From positions 1,320,001 through 1,352,000 of the forward strand of contig NC_005072.1 of NCBI RefSeq assembly GCF_000011465.1: 32,000 nt of DNA, written 5' to 3'. Source of the DNA: Prochlorococcus marinus subsp. pastoris str. CCMP1986 (GTDB lineage: Bacteria > Cyanobacteriota > Cyanobacteriia > PCC-6307 > Cyanobiaceae). The notes below the pieces were generated by a model that worked only from the letters and a program-made list of their open reading frames with translations, ran no database searches and was not told the origin of the DNA. Below, one piece after another: positions 1 to 9,367 of this stretch (within the stretch, counting starts at the first letter, position 1; each line of letters starts with the position of its first letter). The translations under genes and the position numbers were made by a program.

Positions 1-257
1 CGCCATGCAGCGCCAGTTTAATAATTCAGTACGGAATAAAGAATTGGCCTATTTGGGAGCGCGAACCATGTAATTTTTCTTGGATTTACAGGGAAAAAGA
101 AATTTGTTACATAATTGAAGGTGAAGCAAAAATTAAAACTGAAGCTGGAGAAAGTTACTTAATTAAATCAGGAGACTTGGTTGAATTTCCTGAAGGACTT
201 TCTTGCGAATGGAAAATAATTAAAAGTTTGAAAAAACACTTTAGATTAGGGGAATAG
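1..257 (+). CDS. cupin-fold protein, DUF861/cupin_3-like (5' end outside window)
   Basis: Frame 3 is open from the window edge to TAG 255-257. Translation ...WEREPCNFSWIYREKEICYIIEGEAKIKTEAGESYLIKSGDLVEFPEGLSCEWKIIKSLKKHFRLGE fits the cupin_3 pattern (CYILEGE...GDLV.FP.G..C.W). Confidence 0.6.
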   Translation, partial: PCSASLIIQYGIKNWPIWEREPCNFSWIYREKEICYIIEGEAKIKTEAGESYLIKSGDLVEFPEGLSCEWKIIKSLKKHFRLGE

Positions 258-324
258 ATTTAAAAAAATATTCCCATAAATTAACTAATTTTGTTCTATA
301 AGCTAATATAAATTAGTAAATTAA

Positions 325-516
325 TTGTTAAAACATAAATTTTTTATGACTTTCACGGACAATGAATATTTCGAAGTTATCCAAAAAAACGAAACTGTCA
401 AAGAAGCCTTCGAAACCATAAAACAAACATGTATTAATTTAAAAAATCAAACTAATTGCCCAGAAGAAGACATTGAGAGTTTTCTGATCTTTATTTCTAA
501 ACAATGGGATAATTAA
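325..516 (+). CDS. hypothetical small protein (63 aa)
   Basis: ORF-track ORF. The C-terminal CPEEDIESFLIFISKQWD resembles CPKEFIFDFIKDIQQDWD of ORF 6778-6984. The true start may be an internal Met. Confidence 0.4.
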   Translation: MLKHKFFMTFTDNEYFEVIQKNETVKEAFETIKQTCINLKNQTNCPEEDIESFLIFISKQWDN

Positions 517-1008
517 TGATTGATAAATCTTTCTAAAAGATATTGATAATTAAAATAACATTTAATATTATTCGCAATTTTAAAACTTAAATATCTTTTT
601 TAGCGCTTGTATTAATACTTGAAGTTCCTTTAGCCGCTGATACAAAGAAAACAAAACCTACTAATCCTGCAATACCAAAAATTGCAGCTAAATGGTCAAA
701 AGTAAAAAGAGAACATAAAAAACTATAAAATAAAGATAAATAATAGTTTTTGAATCCAAATTTCACAATTATTGTTAAGTAACATTTGTCACATTAATAT
801 ATCTCAAGACGTCAATATTAATTAATTAGTAGAAAATATTTAAGTAAAAAACTTATATTTAGAAATCAAATAAGGATATAATTTCCTAAGGAATTATTCT
901 CTAAACCCTTTTCGTAACTGGTATTCATTTTTTATTTTATACAATTTCATGGAGAGAAAATAGATCAATATATCCACAATTAACTTTTTTTTTGTTTAAA
1001 GTATATTT

Positions 1009-1188
1009 ATGACAGAAATCTATTCAGCAACTTCATCAATAAGTCCATTCTCAGCAATCTTATGGTGTTTTTACCCTATAGCTATATTAATTTTGGTTGA
1101 GTTGTTTCTAGGTGGAGGATTTGACGATGATAATGATGATCAAGATGGTGGAATGATGATCCCTGCATATTCAGGAGCTAAGAATTAA
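1009..1188 (+). CDS. hypothetical small membrane protein with acidic tail (59 aa)
   Basis: Manual translation MTEIYSATSSISPFSAILWCFYPIAILILVELFLGGGFDDDNDDQDGGMMIPAYSGAKN. One hydrophobic helix, ATG start, TAA stop. Confidence 0.4.
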   Translation: MTEIYSATSSISPFSAILWCFYPIAILILVELFLGGGFDDDNDDQDGGMMIPAYSGAKN

Positions 1189-1540
1189 ATTAAGCTAAGA
1201 ATTAAATTAAATTTTTAAATTTATAATTTTAAAATCTTAAAATTCAAGTTCGTTATTATAATTTAAATTGACTTATTCATTAATAGTATTAGCCACTTTA
1301 ATCCTTGTATTTCTTTATTGGTTAGTAACTAAAACACTTAAAGAAGGCAAGGAGGCTCTTAAGGAGATGAGTAAAAATACTAAATAACCATTTTTATTCC
1401 CCTTTATTCATAATGTAAATTTTATAAATTAGAAGAAACAAAACTACAATTATGTTTAAAATTTATTTTAAGTTAAATAGAAATTACCTATTAATTTAGA
1501 TTAATTTTTTATTTTGACAAATTTCTGACGAAAACTCAAG

Positions 1541-1639
1541 ATGCATCTTAATTCTCTACTTTATATTTTTTCTATTTCTTTATTTATTTATGTCATGGCT
1601 TTATTTTGGAGAGATCTTCCAAATCAAAAAAAGAAGTAA
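1541..1639 (+). CDS. micro-ORF, single-helix peptide (32 aa)
   Basis: MHLNSLLYIFSISLFIYVMALFWRDLPNQKKK. Hydrophobic core with a basic tail, but no other support. Confidence 0.25.
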   Translation: MHLNSLLYIFSISLFIYVMALFWRDLPNQKKK

Positions 1640-1720
1640 AAGATAATTATTATTAATTTTGTTGCCTATTCAAATAAATTTAGTTATTAATTTAATGATG
1701 TTTCTATTAATTTTATATAT

Positions 1721-1885
1721 ATGCAAATTGAATCTTCAAATAATTCAAAAGATGATGCCTTTCCACAGTCATTGAAAATTGAAAAAGAAAATATTATTTG
1801 TAAAGACGGCTTTTGTACATTACCAATTCAAAATCAAAATCAAAACATAATTAAAAACAACGTGAATTTATTCGATCCTATTTAA
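1721..1885 (+). CDS. hypothetical small protein (54 aa)
   Basis: MQIESSNNSKDDAFPQSLKIEKENIICKDGFCTLPIQNQNQNIIKNNVNLFDPI. ATG to TAA, contains a C-x4-C pair. Confidence 0.35.
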   Translation: MQIESSNNSKDDAFPQSLKIEKENIICKDGFCTLPIQNQNQNIIKNNVNLFDPI

Positions 1886-1971
1886 AATAAAGGAATACAT
1901 TAATTAATTCTCTTAAGCGAATACTCTTTGAATAGTAATGTTTATTTAATAAATGATTAAATTTAGAGCTT

Positions 1972-2307
1972 ATGTATAATAATTTTTTGAATGCCTATCA
2001 AGAATTTTGGCTTAAAGCTACAAACTTTAATAGCAAAACAACAAGATCTGATTGGTGGCGAGTTCAATTAGTAAACATTATTATCTCTATTTTTACTATT
2101 CCAATATTTCTAAGAACATTTGGTTTTAATATTTATGGATTAGTTTGTATAGTCCCTCAGATAGCTATTGATGTTCGAAGGTTAAGAGACTTTGGAAAGA
2201 ACTGGGAGTGGATATTTATAAATTTGATACCAGTGTTTGGCTGGATAGTATGGTTTATATGGCTTGGTTTTGGTAAATCTGGAAATGGGAAGTCAAAATT
2301 TATTTAA
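1972..2307 (+). CDS. DUF805-family inner membrane protein
   Basis: 111 aa. TRSDWWRVQLVNIIISI...QIAIDVRRLRDFGKNWEW...LIPVFGWIVWFIWLGF matches the DUF805 (YhaH/YhaI-like) signature R..YW...L...A..VRRL.D.G...WW..L.LIP..G.IV. Confidence 0.75.
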   Translation: MYNNFLNAYQEFWLKATNFNSKTTRSDWWRVQLVNIIISIFTIPIFLRTFGFNIYGLVCIVPQIAIDVRRLRDFGKNWEWIFINLIPVFGWIVWFIWLGFGKSGNGKSKFI

Positions 2308-2550
2308 ATTTTGACTATCAACCTAGAGAGTCTAAATCCCTCCTGTAATGAACTAAATTTTCCTTATTGTTCAAACTAGTTTCTTTAAAGTTTTTATTCA
2401 AATTCTTTTTAAAATTAAAAACGGAGAAGGAGCTAATTAAGTTTTTCATAACGTCTATTGATTACTTACAACCTAATAAAAAGATGGTCTCCATTGAGCA
2501 TAATTTTAATGGCTTAACCGAACAATGAAGTTCATTAACCCGTACTAAAA

Positions 2551-2580
2551 AAAGAAAGCGTTTAAAAAAGCTTTCTTTTA
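2551..2580 (-). terminator. putative intrinsic terminator downstream of ORF 2610-2954
   Basis: 9-bp stem AAAGAAAGC / GCTTTCTTT with a 10-nt loop. It is followed by a T-rich run when read on the minus strand. Confidence 0.4.
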
Positions 2581-2609
2581 TTAACTTATTTTCTTATTTT
2601 CTTATTTTT

Positions 2610-2954
2610 TTATTTTTTTATTATTTTATTTTTTTTAAAATCTACAAAAGTTACTTTATTTTTAAACTCTAATTGTTTTTTTAGAATTCTGAATACATGC
2701 CATTCACATTCAGATAACTTTTGAAATTGATCAAGTGTATCTTTATCTTCTTCATCAAATTTATCAAAAATATCGGATATACCCAAACTATTAATTGCAA
2801 CAAAATTCTCTGCCACATCTTCAGGGTTTTGACCTTTGGCAAAGTCTTTAAAAGCCTCATAAGAATTTAGTTTTCTAGTCAACCAATTAAACCATAATTC
2901 AGATGTATTTTTATTCTCTTCTTTAACAATTTTCTTCATTAACAATATATTCAC
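2610..2954 (-). CDS. hypothetical protein (114 aa)
   Basis: ORF-track ORF with no competing frame. Acidic and helical composition, no recognisable motif. Confidence 0.55.
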   Translation of the reverse strand: MNILLMKKIVKEENKNTSELWFNWLTRKLNSYEAFKDFAKGQNPEDVAENFVAINSLGISDIFDKFDEEDKDTLDQFQKLSECEWHVFRILKKQLEFKNKVTFVDFKKNKIIKK

Positions 2955-3169
2955 TACATTAATGATTATTGGTCATTATCTATTTGGCACCTGTACAATT
3001 ACTCATATTTATATTTGGAAGGATTATTAATAAACTAGTTTAGAAAATTTGTTTATTTAATTGGATAAGAATTTTTTATTAATAGCAAAAACTAGATAAA
3101 TAAAATATTAGGTATTTATCTTATATTATTTAAATCAAAAAAAAGCTAAGATAAAAGTTTATATAGCAA

Positions 3170-3391
3170 ATGTCTTCAGTACCTTTTTACGATTTCCCAT
3201 CATCACCTTTATTAATAATTGGAGCACTTGGTATTGTTGTAGCGTTAGCAGTATTTTTTCTAGCTTATCAAAAATACTTTAATTCACCTTTTAATAAAGA
3301 ACTCCAAAAAAAGAAAAAATCTTTATTAAAAGAAAAGCAAGAATTAAATGAAAGATTGCAAAAAATAGAGCAAGATTTAAAAAATTTATAA
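3170..3391 (+). CDS. hypothetical membrane-anchored coiled-coil protein (73 aa)
   Basis: N-terminal hydrophobic helix LLIIGALGIVVALAVFFLAY followed by a K/E/L-rich helical tail. Confidence 0.5.
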   Translation: MSSVPFYDFPSSPLLIIGALGIVVALAVFFLAYQKYFNSPFNKELQKKKKSLLKEKQELNERLQKIEQDLKNL

Positions 3392-3530
3392 AATTAAGTA
3401 AGAAATTTAGAAACCACTTTTAGGGATAAATAGTCTCGAAATTAGAAAAATAGTAAAAATAACAATAGTAATAAGGTTTGGGATTCAAGATTTTTAGTTT
3501 TTAATGTAAAAAAATGGCTTATAAAAAGTT

Positions 3531-3686
3531 ATGGATAAACAACATCTTATAGATTTAATCTCAAACAGTTTGATTTGCGAAAGTCAAAATCTCAAATCGA
3601 GAGAGAGTTCTACTGAGATAATAAATTATTTAAATAAACTAAATTTGGATCAATTAAGAACAATGTCTAAAGAATTTATTCTCTAG
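3531..3686 (+). CDS. micro-ORF (51 aa)
   Basis: MDKQHLIDLISNSLICESQNLKSRESSTEIINYLNKLNLDQLRTMSKEFIL. ATG to TAG, no motif. Confidence 0.3.
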   Translation: MDKQHLIDLISNSLICESQNLKSRESSTEIINYLNKLNLDQLRTMSKEFIL

Positions 3687-3840
3687 ATTTCAAGACAAAT
3701 AAAAATAAACAGTTTAACTAGAATTCAAATCTAAAATCAAAAATAATTGATATACAATAACCCATATAAGAAGCCTTTAAATTTCATATATATTTTAATA
3801 TGGTTGGATATCGCATCTTTTACTAAATAATTTTTAAACT

Positions 3841-4119
3841 ATGACTATTTTTATTGGAAATTTATCCTGGAAAACTGAAGAAGAAGACCTTAAAGACCTT
3901 TTCAAGACTTATGGTGCAGTAAGAAATTGTACAATTCCTTTGGAGAGGGATTCAGGGAGAAAAAGAGGTTTTGGCTTTGTTGAAATGACTAGCGAAAGCT
4001 CCGAGAAAACTGCGATTGATGATTTACAAGATGTCGAGTGGATGGGTAGAGAAATTAGAGTTAACAAGGCGGAGCAAAAAGATCGCTCCAGAAGAAATAG
4101 TAGACATCATGGCAGTTAA
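3841..4119 (+). CDS. RRM-type RNA-binding protein (cyanobacterial Rbp family)
   Basis: RNP2 IFIGNL and RNP1 RGFGFVEM are both present. 92 aa with a short basic tail. Confidence 0.95.
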   Translation: MTIFIGNLSWKTEEEDLKDLFKTYGAVRNCTIPLERDSGRKRGFGFVEMTSESSEKTAIDDLQDVEWMGREIRVNKAEQKDRSRRNSRHHGS

Positions 4120-4266
4120 AATAATATTCAAGCAATTCTTTAGTTTTTAAATTCTTAAATACTTATGTTGAAAATAAAGTTCTAAAAACTATATAAATAA
4201 AAATCCTTTTGTATTTTTGTGCAGACTAATAGATCATAATAAAAGTAGAAATAAAACAAAATTATT

Positions 4267-5262
4267 TTGGAAAAAGTTTTAGTTACTGGTGCATCTGGGT
4301 TTATTGCTATTCACTGCATACATGAGCTAATAAAAGCAGGTTATCTTGTCAAAGGATCTCTAAGAAATATGAATAGAGAAGATGAAGTAAGAAAATCTCT
4401 TGATAAAGATTCAGATAATCATAAGCTGGAATTTTGTAAACTTGACCTTCTAGATAATGAGGGATGGGATGAGGCAGCCTCTGATTGTGATTATCTTCTT
4501 CATGTTGCATCTCCTTTTACTATCGAAGAGCCAAAAAAGGAATCTATTCTTATTAAGCCCGCAGTAGAGGGAACTTTAAGAGCGTTGAATGCTTCAAAAA
4601 ATTCCTCTAAAGTCAAGAAAGTTGTCCTAACTTCTTCGATGGCTGCAATTGCATATGGGCATGACAAGCAGTTATGCTCGCCTGAAGACTGGACAGATAC
4701 AACAAAAAACGTTGGTGCATATGTAAAAAGTAAAACAATTGCAGAAAAAGCTGCATGGGATTTTATTCATAATGACACTGAACACTCTTTTTCAATGACA
4801 ACTATTCATCCTGGAATGGTTTTTGGTCCACTGCTAAGTGATGATAATGATGGTGCTTCGGCAGAACTTATTTCAAAAATGATTAATGGTAAATTTCCAG
4901 CACTACCAGATGCATATTTTACTGTCGTAGATGTAAGAGATGTCGCCAAGTTACATGTCGAATCTCTTAGAAAAAACCAAAGTGATAATAAAAGAATTAT
5001 TGCGACTTCTCCTCAAGGGATCAATATTATGGAAATTTCTAATATTTTAAGAAAAAATGGCTACAAGAAAGCACCTCAAAACTTTATCCCTACAAAAATG
5101 ATAAATTCTCTAGCACCATTTAATAAAGAGATGAAAAGTATGGCTGCCATGGTTAATAGAGGATCTTATGGCGCTGATATTACGGAAACTATTTCTATAT
5201 ATAATTGGGAACCTATTTCATTAGAAAAAACTTTAATAGATATGGGTAATTCTATAAAATAA
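4267..5262 (+). CDS. NAD(P)-dependent extended SDR (dihydroflavonol/cinnamoyl-CoA reductase-like epimerase/dehydratase family)
   Basis: N-terminal VLVTGASGFIA Rossmann motif, catalytic YVKSK (YxxxK) and SSMAA serine region. TTG start as given in the ORF track. Confidence 0.88.
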   Translation: MEKVLVTGASGFIAIHCIHELIKAGYLVKGSLRNMNREDEVRKSLDKDSDNHKLEFCKLDLLDNEGWDEAASDCDYLLHVASPFTIEEPKKESILIKPAVEGTLRALNASKNSSKVKKVVLTSSMAAIAYGHDKQLCSPEDWTDTTKNVGAYVKSKTIAEKAAWDFIHNDTEHSFSMTTIHPGMVFGPLLSDDNDGASAELISKMINGKFPALPDAYFTVVDVRDVAKLHVESLRKNQSDNKRIIATSPQGINIMEISNILRKNGYKKAPQNFIPTKMINSLAPFNKEMKSMAAMVNRGSYGADITETISIYNWEPISLEKTLIDMGNSIK

Positions 5263-5387
5263 ATTCCAATCAAATGAATCAATAACGAAGTATTGGCTAT
5301 AGTTTTCATATATTGGCAAATTGAAAACTTTGCCACGATAAATAATAACTAAGCTATGCTAATCAAAGAGGATATAGAAAAGTTTAT

Positions 5388-6494
5388 ATGAATGTAATCA
5401 AGAGGTCAGATTTTATATTAAAGCCATTTCTTAAAAGAAATAATTTCAAAGCTTTTTATCAGTTAATAACTACTCTTATACCGATAATTTCTCTTTGGTT
5501 TATTGTCTCTAAAATTGTATACTCTCCTCTTTTACAAATTACAAAAGGGTTTTTACTTATTCCCATTCTTTTTTTTCTTACCCTATTATCTTCTAGAACA
5601 TTCTCATTAATGCACGATTGCGGTCATAATTCCTTATTTGAAAAACGTTCTTTGAATAACTTCTTTGGCTTTTGTCTGGGTTTATTAAATGGGATACCTC
5701 ATAAACCTTGGGCTAATGACCATGCATTCCACCATAGGAATAATGGGAATTGGGAAATTTACAAAGGTCCTGTAGATGTTTTAAGCCTAAAAGATTATGA
5801 GGCTCTTAATAAAAGAGAAAAACTTATTTATAAGGTAAGTAGACATTGGTTAATGCTTTTTCCTGGTGGTTTCTTTTATTTAGTTATTAAAGCTAGATTA
5901 GGTTTAATTCTAATTATTATTAATTTTATAAAATCGTTAATGCAAGAAACTTTTATTAAATTAAAAAAAAGAAATTATTTAGGACTTTTAAATATTCAAT
6001 CGAGAATTAAGCCGCCTTTCTCTGACTATGGAGATAATTTTGATGAATTATTTGATCTAATAGCAAACAATATTATTGTGATAAGTGGATGGATAATTAT
6101 GTGTAAATGGTTAGGAGCTGCTTTTTTCTTAACTTTTTATTCTCTAATATTAACTTTTTCAGCAGCAATTTTCATATGCATCTTTTTTATACAACATAAC
6201 TATGAAAATGCATATGCAAGTAATACAAAAAATTGGGATATTGTCGAAGGTGCTATTTCTGGCAGTAGCAATTTAGATATCCCAAATTGGTTAAACTGGT
6301 TTTTAGCTGATATTTCGTTCCATAGCATTCATCATCTATCCGAAAGAATTCCTAATTACAATTTAAGAGCTTGTCATAAAGCAAATTTACATTTACTGCA
6401 AAAATCAAAAGTTCTCAAATTAAGTGATTTCCCAAATTGTTTTAGATATATTATTTGGGACAGCAAGAACGAAAATCTAATTCCAATTAATTAA
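5388..6494 (+). CDS. membrane fatty-acid desaturase
   Basis: Three histidine boxes (HDCGH, HAFHH(RN), HSIHH) plus several hydrophobic spans. Confidence 0.88.
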   Translation: MNVIKRSDFILKPFLKRNNFKAFYQLITTLIPIISLWFIVSKIVYSPLLQITKGFLLIPILFFLTLLSSRTFSLMHDCGHNSLFEKRSLNNFFGFCLGLLNGIPHKPWANDHAFHHRNNGNWEIYKGPVDVLSLKDYEALNKREKLIYKVSRHWLMLFPGGFFYLVIKARLGLILIIINFIKSLMQETFIKLKKRNYLGLLNIQSRIKPPFSDYGDNFDELFDLIANNIIVISGWIIMCKWLGAAFFLTFYSLILTFSAAIFICIFFIQHNYENAYASNTKNWDIVEGAISGSSNLDIPNWLNWFLADISFHSIHHLSERIPNYNLRACHKANLHLLQKSKVLKLSDFPNCFRYIIWDSKNENLIPIN

Positions 6495-6497
6495 ATA

Positions 6498-6680
6498 CTA
6501 GCTGAGTCTTCTTCGCATTTTCCTTTTTAGAGGAATGCTACTATAAGCGTGAGCTCCAATAGATGGGGGTAAATCATTTTTAACAGGATGAATAAAAGCA
6601 TTTGCCATGCTTTCTAACATTTTAGAAAGCCAACTAATAATTGATCTCATTTGAAAATCTAAAAAGTACATTATTATCAT
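6498..6680 (-). CDS. doubtful hypothetical ORF (60 aa)
   Basis: ORF-track ORF lying tail-to-tail with the desaturase. Basic C-terminus, locally higher GC, no motif. Confidence 0.3.
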   Translation of the reverse strand: MIIMYFLDFQMRSIISWLSKMLESMANAFIHPVKNDLPPSIGAHAYSSIPLKRKMRRRLS

Positions 6681-6694
6681 CTAACGAAATTTTT

Positions 6695-6730
6695 AAAAAG
6701 TAAATCAGTCTTTATGCTGATTTACTTTTT
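6695..6730. repeat. perfect 14-bp inverted repeat (hairpin)
   Basis: AAAAAGTAAATCAG - 8 nt loop - CTGATTTACTTTTT. T/A runs lie on both sides, so it could act as a bidirectional terminator. Confidence 0.6.
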
Positions 6731-6777
6731 AATATCATTAGAAGGAATATAAAATCAGTAAGTAGAAAATAACCTTT

Positions 6778-6984
6778 ATGAATAATAAAAAATGGCAACC
6801 TACAAATTATCAAAAAGATCGATTAATTTCTTGCACTAAAAAATACATACATCAAAAATTAAATGATCTTCACAAAGAACTTGAATGTCCTAAGGAATTT
6901 ATTTTTGATTTCATTAAAGATATCCAACAAGATTGGGACCCAGATAGCTATAAATCTAAATCAGAGAAGTTACTAAAAAATTAA
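6778..6984 (+). CDS. hypothetical small protein (68 aa), weak paralog of ORF 325-516
   Basis: ORF-track ORF sharing the motif CP(E/K)E..(I/F)..F.......WD with ORF 325-516. Confidence 0.45.
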   Translation: MNNKKWQPTNYQKDRLISCTKKYIHQKLNDLHKELECPKEFIFDFIKDIQQDWDPDSYKSKSEKLLKN

Positions 6985-7193
6985 CCTAAAAGTAAAAATT
7001 TAAATTATTAAGATTAAGTTTTTAAGTATTTAATAGACCCAATAAAACAAGGTGGGGAATAAGATTTTACCTTTTTATAAAATTAAAACTTAAGACTAGT
7101 AACTAATACTTATTTATCCAATTTTTCTTAACAAAGCAAAAATTATTTTTTAAAGTCATGCTATATCTCATTCCAAATTAAGGGACAAAAATT

Positions 7194-7352
7194 ATGGATG
7201 AGTTAATTTTTTCTTCGAATCTAATAACAGCAAAAGATACCATAGATTCATATTTTGAATGCATTAGTGAATGCAGCATTGTTGATGGACATCAAGAATG
7301 TGTTACTAGATGTGTAGAAATTCATCTTAAGGGAGGCAATAAAAATGAATAA
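7194..7352 (+). CDS. Cys-rich micro-protein (52 aa)
   Basis: MDELIFSSNLITAKDTIDSYFECISECSIVDGHQECVTRCVEIHLKGGNKNE. Four Cys are spaced CxxxC and CxxxC. It overlaps the next ORF through ATGAATAA. Confidence 0.4.
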   Translation: MDELIFSSNLITAKDTIDSYFECISECSIVDGHQECVTRCVEIHLKGGNKNE

Positions 7353-7494
7353 AAGACATTCTCTTCAAAGAAAAACAACTCTAAAGTGGAACTCTAATGG
7401 AGATCTTTCTGAAATTGATATGCTGAGAATTTTGGATAGAATTTCTGCCTATGAACTGAATCAATGTGAATTGACATGCGATTTAGATGAATAG
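7345..7494 (+). CDS. micro-protein (49 aa), overlapping the upstream Cys-rich ORF
   Basis: MNKRHSLQRKTTLKWNSNGDLSEIDMLRILDRISAYELNQCELTCDLDE. Its start lies inside the last codons of ORF 7194-7352. Confidence 0.35.
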   Translation: MNKRHSLQRKTTLKWNSNGDLSEIDMLRILDRISAYELNQCELTCDLDE

Positions 7495-7593
7495 GTAAAT
7501 AGCTACAGGAAAAACTATATTTAATATTTTTTTAAATAACTATTAGTAAAAAGATCCATTCTCTATATAAAAAACATATTTATTCTTGAATCC

Positions 7594-8478
7594 ATGATTA
7601 ACAATATTAATGACTTCAAAAAGCTCAATAATAATGATAAAAGAGAAAAAAATCTAAATTTAATTCTTGATTCGAATTCCTACAAACTTGCACAGGAAGA
7701 TCTTAATTTGCTTAGAAGTGACGAAATGAGAGGTGTAAGAATGCTGCTGGAAATAACTAAGCCTGAATTAGTACTAGAAGAACAAAATATCATCTCAACT
7801 ATTATCGTTTTTGGAGGTGCAAAAATTGTCGAAGAATCATCATCTCAGAGCAAAATCGAAGAAGTAAAAAACTTATTAGAAAAATGTCCTCAATCTATTA
7901 AATTAAAAAATAAATATAACAAGTTAAAAAATTTACTCTCTATGAGTCATTACTATGAATCCGCAAGAGAATTTTCAAAACTCGCTTCAATAAATAATCA
8001 AGATGATAAATGCAATTCTCATGTAATAGTGACAGGAGGTGGACCAGGAATTATGGAGGCGGCTAATAGAGGCGCTTTTGAAGCAGACTGTAAGTCTATT
8101 GGTTTAAACATACAGTTACCGAATGAACAATTCCCAAATTCTTTTATAACTCCTGGACTTTGTTTTAAATTTAATTATTTTGCATTACGCAAAATTCATT
8201 TTGTAATGCGCTCTGTTGCTGCTGTTTTTTTTCCTGGAGGATTTGGGACATTAGACGAATTATTTGAATTATTAACTCTTAGACAAACAGGAATGAAAAG
8301 TGAAATTCCAATAATTTTATTTGGTAGGAAATATTGGAATAATTTAATTAATTTTGACTTCCTTGCTGATTTCGGGCTTATTAGCGAAGAAGATTTAAAG
8401 ATTTTTAAATATGCTGATACAGCATCAGAAGCATGGGAAATAATTGACTCTAATAAATTATCAAAAAACAAATTTTAA
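7594..8478 (+). CDS. LOG-family (TIGR00730-type) nucleotide phosphoribohydrolase-like protein
   Basis: GGGPGIMEAANRGA and PGGFGTLDELFE motifs are present. 294 aa with an N-terminal extension. Confidence 0.88.
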   Translation: MINNINDFKKLNNNDKREKNLNLILDSNSYKLAQEDLNLLRSDEMRGVRMLLEITKPELVLEEQNIISTIIVFGGAKIVEESSSQSKIEEVKNLLEKCPQSIKLKNKYNKLKNLLSMSHYYESAREFSKLASINNQDDKCNSHVIVTGGGPGIMEAANRGAFEADCKSIGLNIQLPNEQFPNSFITPGLCFKFNYFALRKIHFVMRSVAAVFFPGGFGTLDELFELLTLRQTGMKSEIPIILFGRKYWNNLINFDFLADFGLISEEDLKIFKYADTASEAWEIIDSNKLSKNKF

Positions 8479-8781
8479 ATTTTATTTTTTGTTTTATGAA
8501 ACTTAAGATCTTTAATTTAGTTACAAAAGTAACTTAAACCTTTATAGGTTAATTTTTCAAATTTAATATTAATTACTTTGCAATAAACAAATGAGTTCCG
8601 TTTAAATACATGTAAACCATAATGCAGTCTCCTAAAAATGCTCAAGCCACTTCCTTTGACTAGAGTAATGATGTGGTGAACTAAAGCATATCGGACGTTT
8701 TGGTCCCTTAACATACACTGTATTAAAAGTATTTATACTTATCCCTGTCAAGCTTTACTTACCTGTTTTTGAAAATTTAGG

Positions 8782-8928
8782 TTATTTAATTTCCTTTTTA
8801 GATTTAGTTTTATCATATAATTTGCTGTAAATTTCTTGCCTTGTCACTTGTATAGGTTCTACTTTTCCTGCATCACCATGAGTTGGGCAGTAGTAAGTCA
8901 TTAACATCCATTTTTTATCTTGATTCAT
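8782..8928 (-). CDS. hypothetical small protein (48 aa)
   Basis: MNQDKKWMLMTYYCPTHGDAGKVEPIQVTRQEIYSKLYDKTKSKKEIK. ATG to TAA on the minus strand. Confidence 0.4.
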   Translation of the reverse strand: MNQDKKWMLMTYYCPTHGDAGKVEPIQVTRQEIYSKLYDKTKSKKEIK

Positions 8929-9123
8929 AAAAATAATTCCTCAATTAAAATTTTACTAGGTGTTATTTAGGATATAAATCTAAAGAACTTCTCATATTTA
9001 ATCTTTTTTTCGCTTTTCCTTAACAATATAAAAAGTTGTAAAGATATAGCCTTATTAGATATATATACGCATGACTAAAAAAATAAATACTGCTATTAGT
9101 AAGAGAAATTTGAAAATAAATTA

Positions 9124-9255
9124 ATGTCTCTAGAATCTATACTCATGGTTGTTGCTCCAATATGTGTTTTTACTGTCGGAGTTATTATTTTGCCAATATT
9201 AGTAAAGCCACGTAAGCAATCATTGCCCCCTAAAAGATACGTTCGTGGCTTATAA
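9124..9255 (+). CDS. single-helix micro-protein (43 aa)
   Basis: MSLESILMVVAPICVFTVGVIILPILVKPRKQSLPPKRYVRGL. It is preceded by a 17-codon ORF ending in a TAATG overlap. Confidence 0.4.
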   Translation: MSLESILMVVAPICVFTVGVIILPILVKPRKQSLPPKRYVRGL

Positions 9256-9367
9256 AATTAATCCAAGTTTCTAAAATATTATTGTTGAAAGACAAAAAGT
9301 AATTAAATACCGAAATAAAAAAAAGACTATATTAAATAAAGATTATATCTAAAATATTTCAACAAAG

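Noticed and set aside
2586-2638. T-rich tandem repeats (TTATTTTC x2, TATTTTTT x2)
   Set aside because: This is low-complexity sequence overlapping the 3' end of ORF 2610-2954 (which encodes KKNKIIKK). It has no spacer/repeat periodicity, so it is not a CRISPR array.
3594-3607. AAATCGAGAGAGAG shared with 27045-27058 (and ATCGCGAGAGAGG near 28936)
   Set aside because: It is a short GA-dinucleotide run. The flanking similarity consists only of AT-rich low-complexity words in a different order, so chance is the likelier explanation.
8196-8471. 91-aa ORF antisense within the LOG-family gene
   Set aside because: It lies entirely inside a motif-supported CDS on the opposite strand. Its low-complexity S/N/I-rich translation is typical of an antisense artefact.
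8517-8714. 65-aa minus-strand ORF / relatively GC-rich 200-nt patch after the LOG gene
   Set aside because: I could find no motif, convincing start context or stable extended structure. It may be a decayed gene fragment or an ncRNA, but the sequence alone supports neither.
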